Shown here piece after piece: positions 18,987 through 27,270 of a stretch of DNA of 64,000 nt. The DNA lies in contig CAYHEW010000020.1 of NCBI GenBank assembly GCA_964355715.1, positions 5,529 through 69,528 on the forward strand, given 5' to 3'. Position numbers and translations under genes: made by a program. The stretch's first letter is position 1; each line of letters starts with the position of its first letter. The notes under the pieces are model-generated. The model made no database searches. It had not been told where the DNA came from and saw only the letters and a list, made by a program, of their open reading frames with translations. This DNA comes from an uncultured Opitutaceae bacterium. GTDB taxonomy: Bacteria > Verrucomicrobiota > Verrucomicrobiia > Opitutales > Opitutaceae.

Positions 18987-18988
18987 GC

Positions 18989-19633
18989 TCAGAAATGCGA
19001 CAGCGGTCCCGGGGCCGCTGGCAGGGTGACGGTCGTCTCGGCTTTCATCTCGCCGTGGACAAAGCCCAAGCGCAGGCGCGCCGGCAGCGCCCAGCGTCCG
19101 CCGCTGTCGCGCTGCAGGTTGTCCTGCCGTCGCCAGGCGCCCCCGTTCGGATCCCGGTATTCGAACGCCAGCGTCCGCACAAATGGCGTCATGACCCACG
19201 GCCGCGGCGTCGCGTCGGCGAATTTCTCCTCCAGGCGCGACTGCCAGTAGAGCACAAGCCCGGCGGGTTCGACCACGAGCGAGCAGACGACATCGGGCAG
19301 GGCCGCACCCGGCCAGGGCAACCGCGGGCTGCCCTCGGACAATTCAAAGCTGAGCGCCGCCTCACGCCGGCCGCTGGCCAGCCGGATCTCCCGGGCAAAG
19401 ACCGTCGGATCCGCCGCCAGCGGCGGCAGGGCGCCGCGGCGGATGAGTTCCTCGACCTCGCGCGTCACCGCGCGCACATGCTGCTCGAACAGGCGCCGCT
19501 CCGCCCCGCGGCCCCAGATCTCGGCCATGGAGAAGACGAAGAAATTCAGCGCCAGCAGCAGGGCGCCGAGCAACGCCGCCGCCAGCAGGGTCTCGATCAG
19601 CGTGAAGCCGCGGACTGGACGCATCCGGGTCAT
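18989..19633 (-). CDS. T2SS minor pseudopilin GspJ-like
   Basis: Prepilin leader MTRMRPVRG/FTLIETLLAAALLGALLL. ATG 19633 overlaps the upstream stop (ATGA at 19630-19633). Confidence 0.65.
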   Translation of the reverse strand: MTRMRPVRGFTLIETLLAAALLGALLLALNFFVFSMAEIWGRGAERRLFEQHVRAVTREVEELIRRGALPPLAADPTVFAREIRLASGRREAALSFELSEGSPRLPWPGAALPDVVCSLVVEPAGLVLYWQSRLEEKFADATPRPWVMTPFVRTLAFEYRDPNGGAWRRQDNLQRDSGGRWALPARLRLGFVHGEMKAETTVTLPAAPGPLSHF

Positions 19634-20157
19634 GGCCGCTCGGCCTCCTCGCGGCGTTCGTTCCACTGGACGCGGAGCTGTTCGCGCCGGGTCGGGTCCG
19701 ACCACGTGGGACGCAGCAGGTTCACGGTCTGGGTGAATTCCTCCGGCTCCTTCGCGCCATCAATGCGGCCGCGCACTTCCACCCGAAACAGGTCCGGCAC
19801 GGGCAATTCCTCGAGCGTGGCGGTCCATTGCAGCTGTCGGCCATCGGGCAGCGGCACGCTGCCGCCCTGCTCCACTTTGGTGCGGTCGGGTTCGTTGAGG
19901 ATCGCCTCGCGCAGGTATTCCATGCCCGGCCCGTCCACTGCGCGCCGGGCCACCGCAGCATGGGCCGACATCGTGTTGACGTAGGCCGCGCCGAGCACGA
20001 CCGCCGCCATGGCAAGGATCGCGATGCCGACGAGCACCTCGAGGAGGGTGAACGCGTTTTGTTTCCAGACGGGCTCTCGCGCCTGCCCTCCGTAGGCCTT
20101 GCGAAGGAGGGGAGGCGCGGAGGGCGCGGAGGAGGAACCAGTGAACTCTGATTTCAT
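19630..20157 (-). CDS. T2SS minor pseudopilin GspI-like (start ambiguous: 20157 or 20241)
   Basis: Prepilin motif ...WKQNA/FTLLEVLVGIAILAMAAVVLG. The only in-frame start codons are ATG 20157 (35-aa leader) and ATG 20241 (63-aa leader, ATGA overlap with the gspH stop). Both leaders are partly encoded by a repeat element. Confidence 0.6.
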   Translation of the reverse strand: MKSEFTGSSSAPSAPPLLRKAYGGQAREPVWKQNAFTLLEVLVGIAILAMAAVVLGAAYVNTMSAHAAVARRAVDGPGMEYLREAILNEPDRTKVEQGGSVPLPDGRQLQWTATLEELPVPDLFRVEVRGRIDGAKEPEEFTQTVNLLRPTWSDPTRREQLRVQWNERREEAERP

Positions 20158-20218
20158 CCCTATTTTTGAGTCCAGTTCAGAGGTCTTTAGCTCCGCGCCC
20201 TCCGCGCCTCCGCGAGAG
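20111..20218. repeat. GCGGAG-module inverted repeat (family A) inside the gspH-gspI junction
   Basis: Left arm ggaggcgcggagggcgcggagg (20111-20132). Right arm ctccgcgccctccgcgcctccgcgagag (20191-20218). The right arm differs from 3515-3542 at one position (gcgcc versus gcggc). Confidence 0.75.
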
Positions 20219-20237
20219 AAAAATAACGTCCCGAAAT

Positions 20238-20765
20238 TCATTGTGCTGCCTTTTCCGGGCTGAGGGCGCAGGTCCAGGGGTCGGCCTGCCAGATGCGCGC
20301 CGGGGCCTTGTCGAGTTGCAGGCGGACGCGGAACGGATCGCAGGTGCCGTCGGCGAAGAAGCGGATGCGGCGCAGCTCGTCGGTCTCCACCGCCTGGCCG
20401 CCGAGCAAAATCACCGCGCCAGTCGCCGGCGGGAGGAGCGCGACCTGGCTGCCGGTTTCGAACACCAGATCGGACACCGCGGCGTTGTCGGCGCGGAGCG
20501 CGCGCCGCTCCGCATCGTAGGTGAGCGTGACGGTTTTCCCGGACTCGAGCGCGGCGCCGCGGGCAGCGAGAACGGTTTCGGCGAGGGTTTGCTCCGGTCC
20601 GCGTTCGTTGATCTGGCGCAGGATCGAATTCACCCCCGGGATGAACAGCGCCGAGAACAGCGCGAGGAGGGCGAGGACAAGGAGGATCTCGATGAGGGTG
20701 AAGCCGCCGGCGGGTGGCCGGGCGCTACCCAAATCTGCGCTGCGCGACTGCCGGGACTTCACCAA
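20238..20765 (-). CDS. T2SS minor pseudopilin GspH-like
   Basis: Leader ...SARPPAGG/FTLIEILLVLALLALF. Start is TTG 20765 or GTG 20762 (GTGA overlap with the gspG stop). Confidence 0.65.
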   Translation of the reverse strand: MVKSRQSRSADLGSARPPAGGFTLIEILLVLALLALFSALFIPGVNSILRQINERGPEQTLAETVLAARGAALESGKTVTLTYDAERRALRADNAAVSDLVFETGSQVALLPPATGAVILLGGQAVETDELRRIRFFADGTCDPFRVRLQLDKAPARIWQADPWTCALSPEKAAQ

Positions 20766-21184
20766 TTGCCGACGTCGTCTTCCGTGCCGTCGGTCTTGTC
20801 GGGGCCGACGGAATACAGGTCGTAGCCGCCAGAGTTCTTCGTGCCGGGGAAGCGGTAGCGGTAGGCTTCACCCCAGGGGTCGGTCGGCACCCGGTTGCCG
20901 GGCACCTCGATATAGGGTCCGCGCCAGCGCTCGGCCTTGCCGGCGGGGGCCGCGAGGAGGGCGGCGAGGCCCTCGTTGGTCGACGGGTAGTCGCCGAGGT
21001 CGATGCGGTAGCGCACGAGGGAGGTCTTGAGGGAGTCGCGCACGAAGACGCGGGCGACGGCCTCCTGGCTCTGGCCGAAGATCTTGTCGCTGTTGCTGAT
21101 GGCGAGGCCGGCGAGGAGGCCGACGATCGCGAGCGCAACGAGGATCTCGAGGAGGGTGAAGGCGTAGATGCGGGCGGTGGACAT
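20759..21184 (-). CDS. gspG: T2SS major pseudopilin GspG
   Basis: MSTARIYA/FTLLEILVALAIVGLLAGLA. C-terminal GspG hallmarks are present: WRGPYI, DPWGEAYRYRFPG, GGYDLYSVGPDKTDGTEDDVGNW. Confidence 0.9.
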   Translation of the reverse strand: MSTARIYAFTLLEILVALAIVGLLAGLAISNSDKIFGQSQEAVARVFVRDSLKTSLVRYRIDLGDYPSTNEGLAALLAAPAGKAERWRGPYIEVPGNRVPTDPWGEAYRYRFPGTKNSGGYDLYSVGPDKTDGTEDDVGNW

Positions 21185-21186
21185 GG

Positions 21187-21735
21187 CTAGGGTTTGCGGA
21201 GAGGTGGGGCGGGCGCGGCGGTGCCAGGCGGGGGCGCGGCCTGCTGGCGCAGGGCGCGGCGACGGCGGATCTCGGCGGCAAGGTCGGCGAGGCGCTTAGC
21301 CTCGGCGGAGTCGGTCGCGGCAACCGTGGCGGGCGTCGGTATCACGGTTCCAGTCGGGGCCGGAGCCGGGGCCGCGGGGCCGGCGGCGACCATCGGCGCC
21401 TTGCTGAGGCTGAGGGTGAGGCTGCGGCCCTTGAATTCTGCGACGATGGTCTGCGCGCCCTCGTCGTAGCTGCGGACGAAGAACTCCTGACCGGCCTCGT
21501 TGAGCGCGACCCAGACCGAGGCCCGGGTGGCGGGGTTGAAGACGCTGAAGAAATGCTCACCCTGGTCCATGAAGACGCCGCGGAACTCGAGCGGGGCGGT
21601 GTTTCCGGCCTGGCCGGGCGTCCCTGCCGGGGCGAAGGGCGAATTGGCCACGAGCCGCTGCAAGTCCACCGCGAGCGCGGGAGCGGCCGCGAGGGACGCG
21701 GCGGACAGGAAGAGCATGATGCGGGGAAAACCCAT
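21187..21735 (-). CDS. secreted/anchored protein upstream of gspG, possible GspC-HR/PilP-like
   Basis: Starts at ATG 21735 (MGFPRIMLFLSAASLAAAPALA). The beta-rich block LEFRGVFMDQGEHFFSVFNPATRASVWVALNEAGQEFFVRSYDEGAQTIVAEFKGRSLTLSL resembles the HR/PilP pattern. Followed by a Pro/Ala linker and a basic tail. Stop lies 3 nt before the gspG start. Confidence 0.45.
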   Translation of the reverse strand: MGFPRIMLFLSAASLAAAPALAVDLQRLVANSPFAPAGTPGQAGNTAPLEFRGVFMDQGEHFFSVFNPATRASVWVALNEAGQEFFVRSYDEGAQTIVAEFKGRSLTLSLSKAPMVAAGPAAPAPAPTGTVIPTPATVAATDSAEAKRLADLAAEIRRRRALRQQAAPPPGTAAPAPPLRKP

Positions 21736-21815
21736 GGCGCCTTGGCGGTGCACATTGCCATGACGCCGGGGCAAGCCAATCGGAAACAAGCGGGATGGAC
21801 GGATTACGCTGGAGC

Positions 21816-21865
21816 TGTAGCCGGCCTCGCTGAGGCCGGGCGCGGGGTCGGCGACCCCGGCTACA
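21816..21865. repeat. GC-rich REP-like palindromic element (family B)
   Basis: Outer TGTAGCCGG / CCGGCTACA encloses two inner palindromes: CCGGCCTC-gct-GAGGCCGG (21821-21839) and GGGGTCG-g-CGACCCC (21844-21858). Confidence 0.65.
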
Positions 21866-21874
21866 ACCCCACTC

Positions 21875-23824
21875 TCATCCTTCCGCGCGGCGGCGGGCGT
21901 CGGCCTCGATCAGCTGGACGATGGCGTCGAGGGTGGCGCGCGTCTGCGCCTTGACGGCCGGAAGGTCGGCGGCGGTGGCGACCTTGGCGCTGGCGAAGAC
22001 GTAGAACTTCATCTTCGGCTCGGTGCCGCTGCCGCGCGCGGCGAAGGTATAGCCGTTGCCGAGGGTGACGAAGTAGAGGTCCTGCTTCGGGATGAGCTCC
22101 CCGTCGGCGTCGCGGATGTCCTGGCGGCCGAAGTCCTCGAACTTGGTCACCGCCACGTCGCCGAACGCCTGGGGCGGAGATGCGCGGTAGGTGTCGAGGA
22201 TGCGGCGGATCTTCGCGTTGCCGCTCGCGCCCTCGTAATAAAGGTTGATCACGCCCTCGAGGAAGTAGCCGCACTTGAGGTAGATCTCGTCGAGGTACTC
22301 GGGCACGGTGAGGCCGCGGGCCTTCACGGCGGCGCAGAGCTCGGCGAACATGAGGCAGGCGGAGTTGCCGTCCTTGTCGCGCAGGGCGTCGTTGGGCAGG
22401 TAGCCGTAGCTCTCCTCGTTGCCGAGGACGTAGAACGAACCGTGCTGCTGCTGGAGCCGCGCCTTCTCGGCGAGCGGAGCGGCATCGTAGTCGAAATTGG
22501 GACCCATCGCGGCGCGCACCTTCTCCTCGTAGCCGCGCATCTTGGCGGCGATCCACTTGAAACCGGTGAGGGTGTTGATGACCTTCACGCCGTGCGCGCG
22601 GGCGATGGCGTCCTGCAGCTGGGTGGTGACGAAGGTCTTGATGACGCAGACGCGGTCGGAGCCGCCGGCCGGGATGAGGCCGAGCTCCTTGTACTTCGCG
22701 AGGCGGTAGTCGGTGAGGAGCGCGCCCACTTGGTTGCCCGTGAGCAGCTCGAATTTCCCGTCGCGCCGGCGCACGGCGGCCGCCATGCGGTCGGCGTCGG
22801 GATCGGTGGCAAGCACGAGGTCGGTGCCCTGGCGTTCCGCCTGGGCCACGGCGAGCGCCAGGGCCTCGCGGTTCTCGGGGTTGGGTGACTTCACGGTCGG
22901 GAAGCGCGCGTCGAAATCGAGCTGCGCATTCACCGCGTGCACGTCGGCACCGGCATGCAGGAGCAGCGGCACCGTGTGGATCGCGCCGGTGCCGTGGATG
23001 TTGGTGTAGGTGACCTTGACCTTGGCCCGGCGGAAGACGGAGGGATCGACCGCGCCCGTCGCGGCGATGTCGAGGTAGGCGTCGTCGGCCTCGCGACCGA
23101 GGGTGACGACGCGCGCCAGGTCCGTGGCCAGATACGCCGGCAGGTCACCGAGCGGGACGGCGTTGACCTCGTTGACGATGCCCTGGTCGTGCGGCGGCAC
23201 GACCTGCGCACCGTCGCCGAAGTAGGCCTTGAAGCCGTTGTCGTGGGGCGGGTTGTGGCTCGCAGTGATGACGACGCCGGCGTGGGCCTTGAGCCAGCGC
23301 ACGGAGAAGCTCAGCTGCGGCGTGGGCCGCGGCCCGTCGAAGATCCACGCGTCGCCGCCGAGGCGGCACCAGGTGGAGGCGGCGAGCTCGCAGAAGTGGC
23401 GGGAGAAGTGGCGGACGTCGTGCGCGATGACGAGCCGGGGCGCGTCCTTCACGCCGGTGTTGCACAAATGCTTTTGCGTGTACCGGAAAAGCCCGATGAC
23501 GGCGCGCAGGAGGGTGAGGTCGTTGAGGAGGTTGCTGCCGATGGCCGCATGCTCGGGCGAGCCGAGCAGACCGGGCGTGCCCTTTTCCGCCGCGGTGGTG
23601 ACGACGCCGATGGTGCGGCCGCGCATGCCGCCGGTGCCGAACTCGAGGTAGCGGTAGAAGCGGTCGTTGAGCTCGCCCCATTCGCCGCGGGTCACGAGTT
23701 CCGCGATGCTCGCACTGGCCCAAGCGGGCAGCGGCGCGGCAAGAAACGTGGCGATGTTTTCCGCGGCCGCGGGCAGGAGTTTGCCATCACGGGTCGCCTG
23801 TTGGATCGCTGCGGAGGTCGTCAT
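21875..23824 (-). CDS. alpha-D-phosphohexomutase (phosphoglucomutase/phosphomannomutase family)
   Basis: Active-site loop ITASHNPPHDNGFK, FGTGGMRG, metal loop ATDPDADR. Start at ATG 23824 (MTTSAAIQ). The track start at 23839 is a TTG that overlaps the upstream stop. Confidence 0.85.
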   Translation of the reverse strand: MTTSAAIQQATRDGKLLPAAAENIATFLAAPLPAWASASIAELVTRGEWGELNDRFYRYLEFGTGGMRGRTIGVVTTAAEKGTPGLLGSPEHAAIGSNLLNDLTLLRAVIGLFRYTQKHLCNTGVKDAPRLVIAHDVRHFSRHFCELAASTWCRLGGDAWIFDGPRPTPQLSFSVRWLKAHAGVVITASHNPPHDNGFKAYFGDGAQVVPPHDQGIVNEVNAVPLGDLPAYLATDLARVVTLGREADDAYLDIAATGAVDPSVFRRAKVKVTYTNIHGTGAIHTVPLLLHAGADVHAVNAQLDFDARFPTVKSPNPENREALALAVAQAERQGTDLVLATDPDADRMAAAVRRRDGKFELLTGNQVGALLTDYRLAKYKELGLIPAGGSDRVCVIKTFVTTQLQDAIARAHGVKVINTLTGFKWIAAKMRGYEEKVRAAMGPNFDYDAAPLAEKARLQQQHGSFYVLGNEESYGYLPNDALRDKDGNSACLMFAELCAAVKARGLTVPEYLDEIYLKCGYFLEGVINLYYEGASGNAKIRRILDTYRASPPQAFGDVAVTKFEDFGRQDIRDADGELIPKQDLYFVTLGNGYTFAARGSGTEPKMKFYVFASAKVATAADLPAVKAQTRATLDAIVQLIEADARRRAEG

Positions 23825-23835
23825 GAGAGGAGAAA

Positions 23836-25257
23836 TCAACCGAGATAGAGGCCGTCGGCAATCGCCGGTTTCGGCTGGAGGCGCGCCCAGGCATCGGCGA
23901 ACGAGTCCTCATCGTAGCCGAAGAGCGGGCTGACCTCGATGGCGGCGGCCGGGAGCCCGGTGGCGTCGACGGGCACGGCCGCGCCGTTGGCCTGCAGCCA
24001 GCGCGCGAACTGGCGCAACTGGTCGGCGCGGCAGGTCGCGGGTGAGTCGAGGCCCTCGGCGTTCTTCACGGGCGAAAAATCGTCGGCCCGGTGCGTCTCG
24101 ATCACCACCGGGTTGCGGGCGAACGGCAGGGCGTCGAAGACGAACATCTCGAACTTCACGCCGTTGGCCTTGGCGGGCTTCACGGGCTGGCCCGCGGCGT
24201 CGATGGTCGGGATCTTCTTGTCGGCGCGGTGGAACGGCAGCGCCGCGCCCTCCCCGCCCCGGGCCACGCGGCGGATGAATTCGCGGTCGAGGATGTGGAT
24301 CGCGATGCTGCCGGCGATGAAGCGCAACTGGCCGGCGGCGTCGGTCTCCTCCTGCATTTTCATCGGGAGGTCGGAGTATTCGACGACCACGAGGCGGCCG
24401 TCCTGGATGCAGAAGTGGCCGACTTTTTCCGCGGCGTAGGCCTTCGGCACCATCTTGCTGCTCATCTCGGAACCGCGGCGCAGGTGCCAGCCGATGAATG
24501 CGGGGTCGATCCCGCGCACGAGCGGGTTGTCGACCTGGAAGTAGCTCAGGGTGTCGATGCCCTCGCGCGCCATCAGGTCGAGCGCCCCGCTGCGGTCGAG
24601 GGCGCGGAGCGAGCCGCCGTGGCCGTCGGGGCTGAGCGCGATGGCATCGCGGGCCTCAAGCATGATTTTCCCGGTGTAGTCCACGGCCGGCATGCGGCCC
24701 TGCCGGAAGCAATGCACCCGGGCCGGATCGAGCCCGAAGTGGCGGTGTTCCGCGAAGAAGGCCTCGGTCGCCGCGTGGTTCTGGTGGCTGGTCATGATGA
24801 ACCAGTGCAGCGGGCGGCCGTAGCGGCGGCCGGCGGCAAGGATCTTTTCGGCGAAGACCTGGAACAGCGGTTTCCGGCGCAGCGGGGTGACGGCGAAGGT
24901 GCCCTTGGGCCCGTCGTAGCCGAGGCGCGTCCCCTGCCCGCCCGCGACGGTGAAGGCCGCGACGCGCCCGGCGCGGAGGGCCGCCTCGCCCGCGGATTTA
25001 GCCGCGGCCCAGTCGGCCGCGACCCCGCCGTCTTCCGGCCGGCGCTCGTACGGCGCGGGCTGGAGGCCGGAGAAGTCGGCCCCGGCCGTGCCGGCGTGCA
25101 GCAGTGTGCGCGTCAGTCGCTCGACCTCGGCGAGGTCGATTTCCGCCGCCTCGGCCAGCAGGCGCTCGCGGCCGGCGGGCGGCAGGGCGTCGAAATGGGC
25201 GAACACCTGGCCTTGGCCGGCGTGGCGGAACTGGGCGAGGAGCGGGGGCGTGGACAT
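23836..25257 (-). CDS. UDP-sugar pyrophosphorylase (UDPGP family, UAP-like)
   Basis: 473 aa. Motifs: VAGGQGTRLGYDGPKG and YFQVDNPL. Confidence 0.8.
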   Translation of the reverse strand: MSTPPLLAQFRHAGQGQVFAHFDALPPAGRERLLAEAAEIDLAEVERLTRTLLHAGTAGADFSGLQPAPYERRPEDGGVAADWAAAKSAGEAALRAGRVAAFTVAGGQGTRLGYDGPKGTFAVTPLRRKPLFQVFAEKILAAGRRYGRPLHWFIMTSHQNHAATEAFFAEHRHFGLDPARVHCFRQGRMPAVDYTGKIMLEARDAIALSPDGHGGSLRALDRSGALDLMAREGIDTLSYFQVDNPLVRGIDPAFIGWHLRRGSEMSSKMVPKAYAAEKVGHFCIQDGRLVVVEYSDLPMKMQEETDAAGQLRFIAGSIAIHILDREFIRRVARGGEGAALPFHRADKKIPTIDAAGQPVKPAKANGVKFEMFVFDALPFARNPVVIETHRADDFSPVKNAEGLDSPATCRADQLRQFARWLQANGAAVPVDATGLPAAAIEVSPLFGYDEDSFADAWARLQPKPAIADGLYLG

Positions 25258-25267
25258 GGCGGCGGTC

Positions 25268-25588
25268 TCAGTCTTTGAAGCGGAAAATGTATTCTTCGGG
25301 CTTGGCGTAAAAGAGCCGGCGGCGGATGACCATTTCCACGTAGGCCGGGTCGTTGCGCAGGCGGTCGAGGATGCGCTCCTGTTCCTTCAGCCGGGCCTCG
25401 GCCTCGGCCAGGCGCCGGCGGGTGTCGGCCTCGAGGCGGCGCAGGCGGCCGTATTCCTCGCGGGCCTGCCACAGGAAATAGCCGGACGTCGCCCCTGCGC
25501 CCAGGAAGAGCACAAGGTAGAGGCAGATGATGACGCGGCGCAGATTCACGGGCGCCTGAGATAAACGGCGCGCGCATTTTCCGCGCAA
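25268..25588 (-). CDS. ftsB: septum formation initiator FtsB/DivIC family
   Basis: One TM (VIICLYLVLFLGAGATSGYFLW), a coiled coil, then NDPAYVEMVIRRRLFYAKPEEYIFRF. Start is TTG 25588 or GTG 25549. Confidence 0.7.
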   Translation of the reverse strand: MRGKCARRLSQAPVNLRRVIICLYLVLFLGAGATSGYFLWQAREEYGRLRRLEADTRRRLAEAEARLKEQERILDRLRNDPAYVEMVIRRRLFYAKPEEYIFRFKD

Positions 25589-25669
25589 ATCTTTTCAGGG
25601 TGCGGCCGCGGGGCCCGGGGTGGTTTTTGGCGTGCCTTTTGATGCGGACGGGCCAATTTGCCCCCACGC

Positions 25670-26485
25670 ATGTATCAGAGCTTTTACGGGTTCAAGGAGA
25701 TGCCCTTCAACATCACCCCTGATCCGAAATTCCTGTATCTCAGCCCCACCCACCAGGAAGCCCTGCAACACCTGAAATACGGCGTGCAGGAGAAGAAAGG
25801 CTTCATCGTGCTCATCGGCGAGGTCGGCTGCGGCAAGACCACGCTGTGCCGGCGTTTCCTGAACGAGCTGGACAGCGCACATTTTGACACGGCGCTGATC
25901 CTCAACCCGCGCGTCACCGAGACGCAGATGCTCAAGGCCATCCTCACCGAGCTCGGCGAGACCAAGCTGGCCCGCAGCCAGGTCGACCTCGTGGCGCAGA
26001 TGAACAAGGTGCTCCTCGAGCGCATCGAGCGCGGCCGCGACATCGTCCTCATCATCGACGAGGCCCAGAACCTCTCCTTCCACGTCCTCGAGCAGATCCG
26101 CCTGCTTTCCAACCTCGAGACCGACAAGCAGAAGCTCCTGCAGATCGTGCTCATGGGCCAGCCCGAGCTGAAGGAGGTCCTCGGCCGCGACGAACTGCGC
26201 CAGCTCCGGCAGCGCATCCTGGTGCACTACGAGCTGTACCCGCTCTCGCACCATGATATGGTGCACTACATCCAACACCGCCTCACCCTCGCCGGCGGCT
26301 CCGGCCGGCCCGCCTTCACCAAGTGGGCCCTCAAGGCCATCCACCGCGCCAGCAAGGGCATTCCGCGCGTGGTGAACAATCTCTGCGACAAGGCCATGCT
26401 CTCGTCCTACATCCGCGGCTCCGACGAGGTGAACTACTGGGACGCCCGCCGCGCGATCCGCGACACCGCCAACCTCACGTCGTGA
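25670..26485 (+). CDS. gspA: ExeA/GspA-like AAA ATPase (MshM-like, ATPase domain only)
   Basis: Opens MYQSFYGFKEMPFNITPDPKFLYLSPTHQEAL. Walker A GEVGCGKTT, Walker B VLIIDEAQNL. 271 aa from ATG 25670. No peptidoglycan-binding C-domain. Confidence 0.8.
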   Translation: MYQSFYGFKEMPFNITPDPKFLYLSPTHQEALQHLKYGVQEKKGFIVLIGEVGCGKTTLCRRFLNELDSAHFDTALILNPRVTETQMLKAILTELGETKLARSQVDLVAQMNKVLLERIERGRDIVLIIDEAQNLSFHVLEQIRLLSNLETDKQKLLQIVLMGQPELKEVLGRDELRQLRQRILVHYELYPLSHHDMVHYIQHRLTLAGGSGRPAFTKWALKAIHRASKGIPRVVNNLCDKAMLSSYIRGSDEVNYWDARRAIRDTANLTS

Positions 26486-26492
26486 CGCGCCC

Positions 26493-27251
26493 ATGAGCCT
26501 GATCAACGAAGCCCTCAAGCGCGCCCAACGCCAGCGCAAGGCCGACGACGCCGGCTACGCGCCGCCTGTGCCGGGCCAGACCGGCGGCCACACCGTCGCG
26601 CACCGGGGCAAGCCCATGTCGTCGCAGACGCTCATCCTGATCGTCGCCGGCGCCGCCGCCCTCATCGTGCTCTCCGTCGTCGCAACCGTCTATCTCTTGC
26701 GCGACGACGCCGCACCAGCACCCGCCGCACCCACGACCCTTGCCCAGATCCCGGTCGCACCGGCCCCGGCCAAGGAGACGACCCCGCAGGTGGTGCTCTC
26801 CATTCCCACGCCCGCCGAGAAAACGGCCGAGGCCCAGCCGGCCGAGACCAAACCCGCGCCGGCCCCGGTTCCGGTCCAAGCCGCCGTCCCCGCCAAGACG
26901 CCAGCCGCGGTCGCCACCCCGGTCGCCCCCGCTCCGGTGGTCCCGACGCCGACGGCACCCGTCGCCGCCAAGCCCGCGCCGGTGAAACCCGATCCGCTGC
27001 CGGCTACCCCGTCGCCTGCGGCCGTCACGCCAGCGGTCACGCCCGACCAGCAGGTGCTCGTCTTTCTCGACAACCTCCGCATCATGGGCGTGCGCTTCTC
27101 CGGCCTCGACAGCAAGGTCCTCATCGGTGACCGGGTCTACCGCGTCAATGACGTGATCGAGCGGAATTTCGGCCTGAAGCTCGTCGAGGTGCAGCCCGAC
27201 CGCCTCTTCTTCGTCGACGCCCGTGGCGTCACCTACGCCAAGAACCTCTAG
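26493..27251 (+). CDS. gspB: GspB/ExeB-like protein
   Basis: N-terminus MSLINEALKRAQRQ resembles GspB (MSYILDAL-type). Has a single TM, a long Pro/Ala-rich linker and a C-terminal domain (VFLDNLRIMGVRFSG...VLIGDRVYRVNDVI...LKLVEV). Begins 8 nt after the exeA-like gene. Confidence 0.6.
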   Translation: MSLINEALKRAQRQRKADDAGYAPPVPGQTGGHTVAHRGKPMSSQTLILIVAGAAALIVLSVVATVYLLRDDAAPAPAAPTTLAQIPVAPAPAKETTPQVVLSIPTPAEKTAEAQPAETKPAPAPVPVQAAVPAKTPAAVATPVAPAPVVPTPTAPVAAKPAPVKPDPLPATPSPAAVTPAVTPDQQVLVFLDNLRIMGVRFSGLDSKVLIGDRVYRVNDVIERNFGLKLVEVQPDRLFFVDARGVTYAKNL

Positions 27252-27270
27252 CCGGCGTCGCCCCCGAGCC

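Noticed and set aside
21816-21865. tRNA-like or small RNA gene suggested by the multi-stem fold.
   Set aside because: It is only about 50 nt long. It has no anticodon or T-loop features, and one stem has a 1-nt loop. It recurs as a dispersed repeat architecture.
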